64,000 nt of DNA, from the NCBI GenBank assembly GCA_964016885.1, contig OZ024754.1, positions 16,864,001-16,928,000 of the forward strand, written 5' to 3'. A model generated the notes under the pieces. That model made no database searches, was not told the origin of the DNA, and saw only the letters and a list, made by a program, of their open reading frames with translations. Positions 25,953 through 39,238 of this stretch are shown here, piece after piece. Position numbers and translations under genes: made by a program. This stretch comes from Eledone cirrhosa (taxonomy: Eukaryota). The number at the start of each line of letters is the position of its first letter. Positions within the stretch are counted from its first letter, which is position 1.

Positions 25953-26706
25953 CCGGAGGTATATGGTCTTTAAAGCGATGAAATACCAATGATGGTTGGA
26001 AGATCACTGATGAAGGACTAACTTTATTCATATGTAACCCATTAGCAACCACGCAGCACGTTTATTCTCATATTTACACATTTTTTTCCCCGCTGTGACC
26101 CGTCTATTTCGTTCTGACTGCTTCCTCTTTCTCTGTACTTTACCCTCTCTAGCAGTCACTCTCTCTATTAGCCTCTTCCTCACTCTTCACTCACTCATTC
26201 TCTGTTACTACCTCTCCTCCTCCTTCTTCCCATTTGACGTGTGCGTAATTCTTTTCTTTCGCACCCTTGGTCTGGCAGGTCGCTTTTATTCTCTCTCTCG
26301 TCTACGATTTCACAGAACTTATGTTCACCGAATTCACAGACTAGATCCCTTCTTCCTCCCGTTAGACCTGTACGGAATTCCTTCCTTGCTCACATTCCAA
26401 CCAGGTTTGATGGTCTTTATTCTCTCGTTCACGATTTCACCGAATTTAAATTCATAGAAATTTGGGACTTGACTCCTTCTTCCTCACTTTTCGTTGCTTC
26501 ACCATCTTTGTTTGTTTACACTCGTGTCCCCTTTATTTACGTGTCCCAACGACTTTTTTTAGCCGTTGCTCGCACCAACCGGAGGTATATGGTCTTTAAA
26601 GCGATGAAATACCAATGATGGTTGGAAGATCACTGATGAAGGACTAACTTTATTCATATGTAACCCATTAGCAGCCACGCAGCACGTTTATTCTCATATT
26701 TACACA
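25953..26706 (-). mobile_element. TRIM-like non-autonomous LTR element
   Basis: 128-bp direct repeats 25953-26080 and 26579-26706 with one mismatch seen; on (-) they start TGTG, a TGG motif follows the 5' copy and GGGGAAAAAAA precedes the 3' copy. Confidence 0.65.
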
Positions 26707-26738
26707 CATATATATATATATATATGTCTATATATATA

Positions 26739-27100
26739 TAAAATAAAGTTAAATAAAAAGTCAAATGTTTAAAATTTAGCTTCGTTTATTACTGCTATAT
26801 ATATTTCAGTGACAGCCATCTTTGGCTGTGACCACTTCAGGCAGTCCGAATTAGTGTGGTATAGACAAGTACATATGTTGTTGAGGTGTATAATTTTGTC
26901 AATACTCTGATATGTCCAGTTCCTGGTTAGGTTGTTATTTCTCTGAGGAACTGGAATCATATGATTCCAGTTATTTCTCTGAGGAACTGGAATCATATGA
27001 TTTTACATTACTCCGGAGTAACCAAACCAACCTGCGCACTTCATCGAGTGCTCCAGCCTGCATACTGAGGTGTTGGTATACAACCAACATATACTCAAAA
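26739..27100. mobile_element. Penelope-like remnant (same family as 38210-38775), internally inverted
   Basis: 26739-26960 matches 38306-38500; 27001-27100 is the reverse complement of 38211-38310. Confidence 0.8.
26791..26845 (-). ncRNA. Hammerhead ribozyme with A9U substitution
   Basis: ACTGC CTGAAGT GGTCACAGCCA-AAGA-TGGCTGTCACT GAA ATATATAT A^GCAGT. Confidence 0.75.
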
Positions 27101-27101
27101 A

Positions 27102-27816
<715 letters not shown>

Positions 27817-27817
<1 letters not shown>

Positions 27818-29772
27818 AACTTTGAATAACTTTGAAATGTTTTGGCCAGTATTGGCCCAGGCCATGTCTAACTTAATAGCACCACCTGGCGAAGTCTTTC
27901 AATTCAGGATTTGGGCACCATGGCCCATTCGAGAAGAGAATTACTGTTTGCGGAGACATATCCGGGTGTGGGTGGTTTGTCCGGGATTACTTGGAGGAAT
28001 TTGTCCAAAGACTTCTTGAATTTTGTGTGGTCAGTTTCTGTTTTGACGTGTCCTGGTGTGATGTTGAAGAGAGCAGGGCCGATTGAGGTGAAATAATTGT
28101 GCCGTATTGTTGTTATGAGTTGCGATTTAGATTTTTGAATGGGGCGGATAGCACGGGGCCCAAGCCTTGGGTGTATCTTGAAGGCGATGCCAACATCATT
28201 TGGGCAGTGATGATGGAACATTTTCCACATCATGCAGATAATATAACGCTCACGGCGACGTTGGAGTGAGTAAAGTTTCAGGTTTTCTAATCGACCCCAG
28301 TAGTCAAGGTCTGACATGCCATCTATCTTTTTCGTGATTGCCCTCTGAGGAGCTTCAAGTTTCATGATACTTTGTTTCGTGTGGGGAGACCACAGTGGAC
28401 AACAGTATTCAAGGTGTGGTCGGGCAAAAGTAGAGAAGAGAAGGATAATGGTGTGGGAATCTCTCGACTGGAAGGTTCTGAGGATCCAGGAACACATTCT
28501 GCGGGCCATGTCAACTTTGCTGCTTATATACGTGGTCCAGCTTATGTTGCTGTCCACGGTTACTCCCAAGTCTCTGATGTTGTTAGATGCCACGAGAGTT
28601 TCCCCGGAGGGAAGGGAGTACGGGAGTTTCAGAGCATCCTCTTTTCCAAAGTGGATCAGTTCGAATTTGTCTTCGTTCAGTAACATGTTGTTCTTTTCTG
28701 CCCATTGGGTAACAGCCAGTAGGTCTGACTGAAGGCTTATCCGGTCATCCACGCCATTGATGACCTTTTGGAGCTTGGAATCGTCAGCGAAAATTTTAAT
28801 GTTGCTGTGTTTGATGATGTCAGTGATGTCATTAATATAGATGATGAAGAGAAGTGGGCCCAACACAGTGCCTTGTGGGACCCCACTGCTGACTTTGGCT
28901 GGGCTGGATTTGACTCCCTCAACTACAACATGTTGGGTTCTGTTTGACAGGAAGCTCTTGATCCACTGCAGCAGCTTTCCAGTGACACCAATATTGGACA
29001 GCTTTCTCAGTAGAATGTTATGATCAACCCTGTCAAAGGCCTTGCCGAAATCAAGGTAGATAACATCAGTGTTGGAACCCTCTCCCAAGGCTCTCAAAAT
29101 GTCATCAAAGTGATGCAGTAGCTGCGTCAGGCAATCCCTTCCATTACGGAATCCATGCTGGTTGGAGTTCAGCATATTGTTACTCTCAAGGAAGTGGGTC
29201 ATTCGCGATCTCACCACTCTCTCAAATACCTTAATGATATGAGAGGTGAGTGAGATTGGACGGTAATTCACGGCAAGGGATTTGTTTCCCTTTTTGAAAA
29301 CTGGGACAACAGACTGGGATAGAAGGTTTTCTGGCACATATCCAGCATCCAGTGAGTTCCGCCACAGATTGGCAAGAGGAGATGCAAGTTGGTGTTGACA
29401 CGCCTTCAAGACACAAGCAGGGAACCTATCGGGACCTACTGCTGAATTATGCTTGATTTCCTTTATTGCCGCCAAGACATCAGGGGCGCCAAACGTTATG
29501 TCCGATAAGGTGTAATGGGGAGTAACATCGCCGATACAGCCCAGATCGGCCATATCAGGATTGCTGAAAACAGAGCAGTATTGTTTCTGCAGTATCTCAC
29601 CCATGGTTTCAGCATTGTCTTGAAGAGTGCCATTTTCATCAATTAGAGGGCCAACAGTAGAGCCAGTGATTTTGTGTTTTTTTGCAAATGAAAAGAACAC
29701 TTTGGGATTGAGTTTGATCTTCTCAATGGCCCAGGCCTCTTCAGCTCTTCTCTGATTGTTGATGAGGGACAT
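27817..29772 (-). mobile_element. CR1-group LINE, 5'-truncated, with (TTCAAAGTTA)2 tail
   Basis: RT ORF, short 3' UTR, tandem tail, TA tracts on both sides. Confidence 0.9.
27904..29772 (-). CDS. Non-LTR reverse transcriptase (ORF2 C-terminal 622 aa, uninterrupted)
   Basis: [53 protein letters not shown]. Confidence 0.92.
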   Translation of the reverse strand: MSLINNQRRAEEAWAIEKIKLNPKVFFSFAKKHKITGSTVGPLIDENGTLQDNAETMGEILQKQYCSVFSNPDMADLGCIGDVTPHYTLSDITFGAPDVLAAIKEIKHNSAVGPDRFPACVLKACQHQLASPLANLWRNSLDAGYVPENLLSQSVVPVFKKGNKSLAVNYRPISLTSHIIKVFERVVRSRMTHFLESNNMLNSNQHGFRNGRDCLTQLLHHFDDILRALGEGSNTDVIYLDFGKAFDRVDHNILLRKLSNIGVTGKLLQWIKSFLSNRTQHVVVEGVKSSPAKVSSGVPQGTVLGPLLFIIYINDITDIIKHSNIKIFADDSKLQKVINGVDDRISLQSDLLAVTQWAEKNNMLLNEDKFELIHFGKEDALKLPYSLPSGETLVASNNIRDLGVTVDSNISWTTYISSKVDMARRMCSWILRTFQSRDSHTIILLFSTFARPHLEYCCPLWSPHTKQSIMKLEAPQRAITKKIDGMSDLDYWGRLENLKLYSLQRRRERYIICMMWKMFHHHCPNDVGIAFKIHPRLGPRAIRPIQKSKSQLITTIRHNYFTSIGPALFNITPGHVKTETDHTKFKKSLDKFLQVIPDKPPTPGYVSANSNSLLEWAMVPKS

Positions 29773-29814
29773 TATATATATATGTCTATATATATATGTC
29801 TATATATATATGTC

Positions 29815-29845
<31 letters not shown>

Positions 29846-29848
29846 GTC

Positions 29849-29895
<47 letters not shown>

Positions 29896-30042
29896 GTCTA
29901 TATATATATATATATATATATATGTCTATATATATATATATATATATATGTCTATATATATATATATATATATATGTCTATATATATATATATATATATG
30001 TCTATATATATATATATATGTCTATATATATATATATATATA

Positions 30043-30075
<33 letters not shown>

Positions 30076-30293
30076 CTATATATATATATATATTTATGTC
30101 TATATATATATATGTCTATATATATATATATGTCTATATATAAATATGTCTATATATATATATGTCTATATATATGTCTATATATATATATGTCTATATA
30201 TATGTCTATATATATATATGTGTCTATATATATGTCTATATATATATATATATGTCTGTATATATATATGTCTATATATATATATGTCTATAT

Positions 30294-30627
30294 ATCATCA
30301 CCATCATCAACGTTTAACGTCCGTGTTCCACGCTTGCATGGGTTTGGACGGGGGTATTCCCACTTGAGGCAAGAGTGATTGTCTTGCTCGCATAGGACTG
30401 TCTGGCAGGTTTTCTACAGTTGGATGCCCTTCCTAACACCAACCACATTTACAGTGTGGGGCTGGGAGGTTTTTACCGTGTTGCCTACACGGCCACATTA
30501 CAGCGTGGACTGTGTGTTTTTTTGTCGTGACACCTACACGATCTCATTTGTTTCGGCCTGGATGGCGCGGCACCAACATAACTTTACATAGAACGGGGTG
30601 GTGTGGATGGGGTGGGGGTGGTGGGGC
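30294..30627 (-). mobile_element. RTE family A 3' UTR fragment
   Basis: Reverse complement of ~9650-9989. Confidence 0.9.
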
Positions 30628-30729
30628 GATATGTCTATATATAAATATGTCTCTATATATATATATATATGTCTATATATATATATAAATATGTCTCTAT
30701 ATATATATATGTCTATATATATATATATA

Positions 30730-30794
<65 letters not shown>

Positions 30795-30841
30795 GTCTAT
30801 ATATATATATATATGTCTATATATATATATATATATATATG

Positions 30842-30975
<134 letters not shown>

Positions 30976-31107
30976 TGTGTCTATATATATATATATATGT
31001 CTATATATATATATATAAGTCTATATATATATGTGTCTATATATATGTCTATATATATATATGTCTATATATATATATATAAGTCTATATATATATATGT
31101 CTATATA

Positions 31108-32129
31108 TGGGTACACAAGAGATGTAGCGGGATCTCAGGAAGCTTAATTAAGAATGTAGGATTCACATGCAGCAGCTGTGCTGAAACAGCAAGCAAACAG
31201 CCACAGGAAACAAGTACCACCAATCTCTGGGAGGGCTCTGTAGAAACAGTAGACAGCTTCTGCTACCTAGGTGACCGAATTAGCAACGGAGGTGGGTGCT
31301 CAGAAAGTACAATAACTAGGGTAAGAACGGGATGGAAGAAGTTTAGGGAACTACTACCACTGCTAGCTGCAAAAGGCTTCTCCCTCAGAATGAAAGGCAG
31401 ACTGTATGATGCGTGTATCCGAACAGCGATGTTGCATGGTAGTGAGACCTGGGCGCTGAAGGTGGAAGACTTACGTAGATTAGAGAGAAACAAAGCCTGC
31501 ATGCTCCGATGGATGTGTAACAGTAATATACGTGAACGACAAAGCATAAAGGAATTGAGAGAGAGACTGAGCATAAGAGGAATCAAATGCTGCGTGCAGG
31601 AGAGGCGGTTACGCTGGTATGGACATGTGATGCGTATGAAGGATGACAGCTGCATAAAAAGGTGCAGAGCACTAGAAGTTGATGGAAACCGCGGAGTGGG
31701 GAGACCCAAGATGACTTGGGATGAGGTGATAAAAGCCGACCTTACCCAACTACACCTCTCAAAGTCAATGACACACGACCGTGACTTCTGGCGTCACGCA
31801 GTAATACAGGGTACCCGACCTCCCATGGGTACATGCTAAAGCATATAAACAATATGCCCCCCCCCCCACCGCAAGGTGGTCGTGGAGGTGCCACGGCAAA
31901 AAAGCACCCAGCCCACACTGTAAAGTGGACGTGTAGGCGCCACGAAAAAGCACCCAGCACTCACTGTAAATGAGGTTGGTGTTAGGAAGGGCATCCAGCT
32001 GTAGAAATCAAGCCAGATCAGTTCCTGTATGAGCAAGGCATGGTCAGCCGACCAGACACTGCCCACAACAGGACAACGCGTCTAACCCATGCTAGCGTGG
32101 AAGAACGGACGTAAAACGGTGATGATGAT
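31108..32129 (+). mobile_element. RTE family B 3' fragment
   Basis: Nearly identical to 24860-25890. Confidence 0.95.
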
Positions 32130-32150
32130 ATATATATATATATGTCTATA

Positions 32151-32500
32151 CTAGCTGAGGTACCCAGCTTTGCCAAGGTTAACAAATAAGAGACGACCGA
32201 CAGAAGAGAAAATGTTTGTATTGAATGCATTGTCTTGAAACACGATCATCACTGACAACGAACTCGCAGAGAGAATCCCTTATGGTTGATACCCAACCTG
32301 CTTGAAATAGCAGTCAGGTCGGTTAGCATACGTGGTATGTCTTCTTCTTTGGTATTATAAAATTAGTATCAATAAACTTTCCTGGATATACTCTTATCCC
32401 AATCCTGTACATACTTTCCGATTGTCACTTTTCGTGTTTTTTTTGTGTGATACGCGAAGGAACCAACCAACAAACATCTCTCTTTTATATTATGTATAGG
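32151..32500 (-). mobile_element. Short non-autonomous Helitron
   Basis: On (-): starts CTATACATAATATAAAAGAGAGATGTTTGTTGGTTGG, ends with hairpin CCTTGGC-AAA-GCTGGG then CTAG|T; no TIR or TSD. Confidence 0.65.
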
Positions 32501-32944
32501 TTACTATATCTCTTTTATTTGTTCATTCAAAATATTTTCCAGCTAATTCTGTCCTACAATATACATCAGCAATCGTTATCTAATGTTTAAAACATATGAA
32601 TAGCTGCGATATATGCACCATATCAATCAAAAACGATATGAGAATTGAATACCATACTAAAGCGCCAGTAAGCTTGCTAAGAAGCTGCAGATAGAAATGT
32701 TAATAAATACAACATTTGGCTTCGGTAATCTTTAAGATGTTCTTTCATTGTAGGTTTCTTTTCTCCTTCTCTCCTTCCTCTCCTCTTCCTTCATTTTATC
32801 AAACTTTACAATAATTTGTACAACCATAATGGAAATTCCAAGTAACAGAAAATACATAAATTACATTGTTAGAGCCTCAGAGTATACAATATTTTTTGTT
32901 CGGCCCTCGTGCATATGTCTATATATATATATATATGCATATAT

Positions 32945-34586
32945 ATCATCATCATCATCATCACCGTTTTACGTCCGTTCTTCCACGCTAGCATGGGTTA
33001 GACAGGTTGTCCTGTTGTGGGCAGTGTCTGGTCGGCTGACCATGCCTTGCTCATATAGGAACTGATTTGGCTTGATTTCTACAGCTGGATGCCCTTCCTA
33101 ACACCAACCTCATTTACAGTGAGTGCTGGGTGCTTTTTCGTGGTGCCTACACGTCCACTTTACAGTGTGGGCTGGGTGCTTTTTTGCCGTGGCACCTCCA
33201 CGACCACCTTGCAGTGGGAGGGTATGGGGACATATTGTCTATGTGCTTCAGCTTGTACCCATGGGAGGTCGGGTACTCTGTATTACTGCATGACGCCAGA
33301 GGTCATGGTCGTGTGTCATCGCCTTTGAGAGGTGTAATTGGGTAAGGTCGGTTTTTATCACCTCATCCCAGGTCTTCTTGGGTCTCCCCACTTCCATTGA
33401 CTTCTACTGCTCTGCACCTTTTTATGCAGCTGTCATCCTTCATACGCATCACATGTCCATACCAACGCAACCGCCTCTCCTGCACACAGCATTTGATTCC
33501 TCTTATGCTCAGTCTCTCTCAATTCATTTATGCTTTGTCGTTCGCGTATATTACTATTACACATCCATCGGAGCATGCAGGCTTCGTTTCTCTCTAATCT
33601 ACGTAAGTCTTCCACCTTCAGCGCCCAGGTCTCACTACCATGTAACATTGCTGTTCGGATACACGCATCATACAGTCTGCCTTTCATTTTGAGGGAGAAG
33701 CCTTTTTCAGCTAGCAGTGGTAGTAGTTCCCTGAACTTCTTCCATCCCATTCTTACCCTAGTTATTGTACTTTCTGAACACCCACCTCCGCTGCTAATTC
33801 GGTAACCTAGGTAGCAGAAGCTGTCTACTGTCTCTACAGAGCCCTCCCAGAGATTGGCAGTACTTGTTTCCTGTGGCTGTTTGCTGCTTGCTGTCCCAGT
33901 ACAGCTGCTGCATGTGAAGCCTACATTCTTAATTAAGCTTCCTGAGATCCCGCTACATCTCTTGTGTACCCATTGTTTGCATTTGGGGCAGAGAATGGAG
34001 TTCCTACCTACACCTTTACTACATACTGAGCAAGGCCATTTCCCTGAGGGGATCTGGGTTCTGTTTTCTCGTCTACTTACAAGGACCTTAGTCTTTGTCA
34101 TGTTGACTTTGAGACCCTTTCTTTCTAGTCCCTGCTTCCAAGTTTGGAATTTCTTCTCTAGTTCTACCATAGATTCAGCTATAAGTGCGAGGTCTTCAGC
34201 ATACAGGAGTTCTTAAACTCCTCCGTTATTGTCTGCAGGACTATGATGAACAGGAGAGGGCTAAGAACAGAGCCCTGGTGGACCCCAACCTGTATGCTAA
34301 ATTCCTCGCTATACTCATTGCTAATCCTAACTTTGCTGACTGCTCCCCTATACATGGCTTGTACAACTTTCACAAGCCATTCCTCTACTCCTAGTTTTCT
34401 AAGAGCCCACCAGATTATAGCACGTGGAACTCTGTCAAAGGCTTTCTCGAGATCGACGAATGCCAGGTAGAGTGGCTTACTTTTAGCTAGGTACTTTTCC
34501 TGTAACTGCCTCACAAGGAAGAGGGCATTAGTGGTGCCTTTTCCTGGTACAAACCCAAATTGCATCTCATCTAGGTCCCTAATCAA
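32945..34586 (-). mobile_element. RTE family B, 5'-truncated
   Basis: RT motifs in ORFs 34179-34586 and 33433-34170; (ATC)n on + strand. Confidence 0.95.
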
Positions 34587-34802
34587 CTGGATTTCACTAA
34601 ATTATGTGGATGAATTTATATCCTGATTCTCTTTGAGATGAGTTTGAATTATTTTTCCCACATCTTACGTTAACTATTTTTCCCATTTTGATGGTATAGT
34701 CACTTATATATTATGGAGTGCTGTTGGCTTTTCGCTGCAGTGTTTTCTATACCTTTCATTTATATATATATATATATATATGCATATATATAGGAAAAGG
34801 TA

Positions 34803-34832
34803 TGACCCCGACGGCAGAGCTGAAGCCGTTTC
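34803..34832 (-). ncRNA. 3' half of a hammerhead (truncated)
   Basis: GAA ACGGC-TTCAGCTCT-GCCGT C^GGGGTCA in a ~65-bp insert between TA tracts; CUGANGA missing. Confidence 0.45.
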
Positions 34833-35253
34833 AATGGCTATTTCTGTTCGTTATGCATATATATATATGCATGTGTATATATATATATGCATATATATAT
34901 ATATATGCATATATATATATGCATATATATATATGCATATATACATATATATATGTATACATATGTCTCTCTCTATATATATATATGTGCATATCTATAT
35001 ATATATGCATATATACATATGTCTATATATATATATATGTGTGCATATTTATATATATATGCATATATACATATGTCTATATATATATATATATATGTGC
35101 ATATATATATATATATGCATATATACATATGTCTGTATATATATATGTGCATATGTATATATATATGCATATATACATATGTCTATATATATATATATGT
35201 GCATATCTATATATATATGCATATATACATATGTCTATATATATATGTGTGCA

Positions 35254-35294
<41 letters not shown>

Positions 35295-35302
35295 GTGTGT
35301 GT

Positions 35303-36335
35303 ATCATCATCATCATCGTTTAACGTCCTTCTTCCACGCTAGCATGGGTTTGGATGGGAATTTTCCGACTTGAGGCAAGATTTGTTGTCTTGCTCGCATA
35401 GGACTGTCTGGCGGGTATTCTACGGCTGGATGCCCTTCCTAACACCAACCACGTTTACAGTGTGGACCGGGAGGTTTTTACCGTGTTACCTACACGGCCC
35501 CATTACAGCGTGGACTGTGTTTTTTTGTCGTGACACCTACACGACCTCATTTGTTTCGGACTGGATGTTGTGGAACCAAAATAACTTCACATTGAAGGGG
35601 GTGGTGTGGATGGGGTGGGGGTAGAGGGAGGGGGGTCTAATTTTGTTAGAGGTGCCTACTGACTGTAGGTTTCACTTTGTACTCAGGCAAAGCGGGTCTT
35701 CTGTATTATTGTGTAGCGCCAAAGATCTCGGTCCAGTGACATTGTCTTGGAGAGGTGTAAGTGTGTGAGGTTGGAATTTATCAAATCGTCCCAGGTTTTT
35801 CTGGGTCTGCCTACTCCGTGGCTACCGTCTATTTTTATCGCCCTTCACTTTTTTATACAGCTGTCGTCTTTCATGTGCATCACGTGACCGTACCAACGTA
35901 GTCTTCTCTCAAGTAAACAACATCTGATCCCTCTTATTCCTAATTTCTCCCGTAGTTCGTTTATGCTTTGCCGTTCACGTATATTACTATTACACATCCA
36001 GCGGAGCATGCAAGCTTCGTTTCTCTCCAGTCTGCGTATATCCTCTGCACACAATGCCCAGGTCTCACTGCCATGTAACATTGCTGTTCGTATGCAGGCA
36101 TCATACAGCCTGCCTTTTATTTTTAGAGAGAACCCTTTAGTGGCCAATAGTGGTATAAGCTCTCTGAACTTTTTCCATCCCGTTCTGACTCTAGATACTG
36201 TACTTTCAGAGTACCCTCCCCCACTGCTGATTTTGTCATCCAAGTAACGGAAGGTGTCCACTATTTCTATAGAACTATCTGTGCAATGGAATGAGCTAGT
36301 ATTCTGTGGGCACTTGCTGCTACTTATTGCACCAG
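35303..36335 (-). mobile_element. RTE family A 3' fragment
   Basis: Reverse complement of ~13775-14809. Confidence 0.94.
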
Positions 36336-37264
36336 AGCACATACATATGGGTGTGTGTATAATAAATGCACACATATACACACATATATATATATATGTG
36401 TGTGTGTGTGTACAATATATGCAGACATACACACACATATATGTATATGTGTGTATATAATCTCCATTAAAATAAATTACAAACAAACATTGCTGATCAG
36501 AACCTTGGAAGGAAACATCAATATCAAACTTAAAATTAATCATTACGTAATCTTTTCTGCATAGGTACAGTTATGGAAATTGCACCAATTTTTAACCTAA
36601 TCGTTTAAAGCAAATAATATGCTTGTTATCAACACATAATTTGTCAGTTGAACTATTGCAGATTCTCAATAACTAGATTTAGTTATTGATCTTCTCTTAA
36701 CAGATTACAATTATCCATCTCAATATCTGTTTGTCTTGCTAACAAAGAGTGCTCTCCTCTTTATTATGCTGAAAACATGAAATGTTTAGGAAAGTAAGGG
36801 TTTTTGGGGTTAATATTTTTGTTTGAGTTATTCTAACCATGAAGTTTATTAAAATAAAAGAAATCTATTCTTTGTTGTAAATTGATAAAGAAAATCTGTT
36901 CTTGATAATTGTAAATTGCTGTAAGTTGAAAGGTATTTTGCTTAATTTGACTGCTAGGCAATCTTTTTTTCTAAGCTTATCATTTGATTCTCAGAGGAGT
37001 GGGAATGTGTGTAGAGTCAACTTTTTAGAAGCACATAGTCACAAAACTATATGTCATTGTACTGTTAACCTGAACAGCAACATACTTCAGCAGTGTCTTC
37101 AGTGTCTGAGCAGCCCTTTTTGGGGATGCACTGTTCACCCATACTACATTTGAAGGGTCTAGAAAAGGTGACCTAAACAAAGCCTGTTCAGTCATCCAAC
37201 TGACCTGCAGTTGGTAATGGTTCATAATAGTAGGGAATTCTTTGAAGAGATTGCCATTTTCAGT

Positions 37265-37349
<85 letters not shown>

Positions 37350-38165
37350 CTCTCTCTCTCTCTATCATACACACATGCATACATACATACATTCTCATAT
37401 ACACATTTATCAATGAATGGTTATTTATCTTAAAATGTTAAAACACTGGTAAGATATGCTGGAAAATGGCTGCTACTAGAAATATTAGAAGAAAGACATC
37501 TTTTCCACGAGTAGGCCATCTTTGGTTTCTTGTGTTTGTTTTTGTTGCATGCTAGCTTGGAATGATTCTTTTTTCTTTTTTTTTTTGATAATCTGATGGA
37601 AAATCAAGAAGTATCTATGAAGCTACTTAAATGTAAGAAATACTGTATTGATCTGGAATTATGACAGTTTCTTAAATCCAAGTTTAACAACAGAAACATG
37701 TTGAGTGACATGCTTACTAACATTGATTTCATATTGCTTATCTCTTGTTGAGTTTATAATTCAAAGATGAATACCAGTCATTTTCTTTAGTAAGATTTTG
37801 GTTTGGTTGATTGAAGCAGAGAATTATGTTGGTAATAATCTTGCTATGTTGGGAAGACATTTGGAAGTAGTCTTCCATTCTTATGTTCCAAAATTTGAAG
37901 TCTTTGAATTCTTCTTAAATTCGAGCTTTATTGTTGCTTGGAATTGAAGATATAAAATTATTTTGCTGGAGGATTGGAGGATATGGAGATTTGAAATGAA
38001 TTTATGTTTGCAGTGCAAGAAATAGCAGAAACAATAGAAAAACTGGTCTAAAAATCTACAATATAGACATCTGGACTAGATATCTACAGTATAGACATCT
38101 GGACTATATATATATACAGTATAGACATCTGGACTATATATATATATATACAGTATAGACTTCTG

Positions 38166-38210
<45 letters not shown>

Positions 38211-38356
38211 TTTTGACTTTATGTTGGTTGTATACCAACACCTCAGTATGCAGGCTGGAGCACTCGACGAAGTGCGCAGGTTGGTTTGGTTACTCCAGAG
38301 TAGTGTAAAATAAAGTTAAATAAAAGTCAAATGATTAAAATTTAGCTTCTTTTATT

Positions 38357-38411
38357 ACTGCTATATATATTTCAGTGACAACCATCTTTGGCTGTGACCT
38401 CTTCAGGCAGT
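38357..38411 (-). ncRNA. Type I hammerhead ribozyme
   Basis: Reverse complement of 38670-38724. Confidence 0.85.
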
Positions 38412-38669
38412 TTGAATTAGTATGGTATAGACAAGTACATATGTTGTTGAGGTGTATAATATTGTCAATACTCTGATATGTCCAGTTCCTGGTTGGGTTG
38501 TTAATTCACTGAGTTCCTCAGTGAAATAACAACCCAACAAGGAACTGGTTGTTATTTCACTGAGGAACTCAGTGAATTAACAACCCAACCAGGAACTGGA
38601 CATATCAGAGTATTGACAATATCATACACCTCAACAACATATGTACTTGTCTATACCATACTAATTCAA

Positions 38670-38724
38670 ACTGCCTGAAGAGGTCACAGCCAAAGATGGT
38701 TGTCACTGAAATATATATAGCAGT
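38670..38724 (+). ncRNA. Type I hammerhead ribozyme
   Basis: ACTGC CTGAAGA GGTCACAGCCA-AAGA-TGGTTGTCACT GAA ATATATAT A^GCAGT; palindromic stem III. Confidence 0.85.
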
Positions 38725-38768
38725 AATAAAAGAAGCTAAATTTTAATCATTTGACTTTTATTTAACTT

Positions 38769-38810
<42 letters not shown>

Positions 38811-38919
38811 TATAGACATCTGGACTATATATATATATATATATATATATACATTATGAAGAGAGAAGAAACATTTAGATATAATTAGTAATAAAATGTA
38901 TCATACCTAAACTGCTCCT

Positions 38920-39018
38920 AGATTCCTCGACTACGTAGTTTCGTGGCATAAACAAAAACAATACATCATAAAGATATAGAGTCCTTGCGAGGTCTGCCGA
39001 CTTATCAAGAGGATACCT
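38920..39018 (-). ncRNA. Hammerhead, U3-A8 variant (inverted copy)
   Basis: Reverse complement of 39140-39238. Confidence 0.72.
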
Positions 39019-39139
39019 CATTTTACTAGCCTCAAGAACGCGTCTACACGACGTGAGAAAGAATCCCAAAAGGCGGAGGGGGAGATAGTCACGCGATATA
39101 ACGGTCGAGAAACAGAGCTAAGCCTCTTATAACCCCGAG

Positions 39140-39238
39140 AGGTATCCTCTTGATAAGTTGGCAGACCTCGCAAGGACTCTATATCTTTATGATGTATTGT
39201 TTTTGTTTATGCCACGAAACTACGTAGTCGAGGAATCT
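39140..39238 (+). ncRNA. Hammerhead, U3-A8 core variant with large stem II insertion
   Basis: AGGT(A)TCCTC TTGATAA GT(T)GGCA-[46 nt]-TGCCAC GAA ACTACGTAGT C^GAGGAATCT. Confidence 0.75.

Larger units (their letters stand above)
38210..38775 (-). mobile_element. Penelope-like remnant with 229-bp inverted arms
   Basis: 38306-38534 and 38547-38775 are near-perfect reverse complements; each carries a hammerhead. Confidence 0.8.

Noticed and set aside
25978-26020. Hammerhead in the TRIM-like repeat (GAAA..CTGATGA)
   Set aside because: No stem III/NUH or stem I geometry can be built; the 13-nt match to the 21110 motif may be chance.
36995-37213. Possible coding exon between CAG and GTAATG
   Set aside because: Stops in all three frames.
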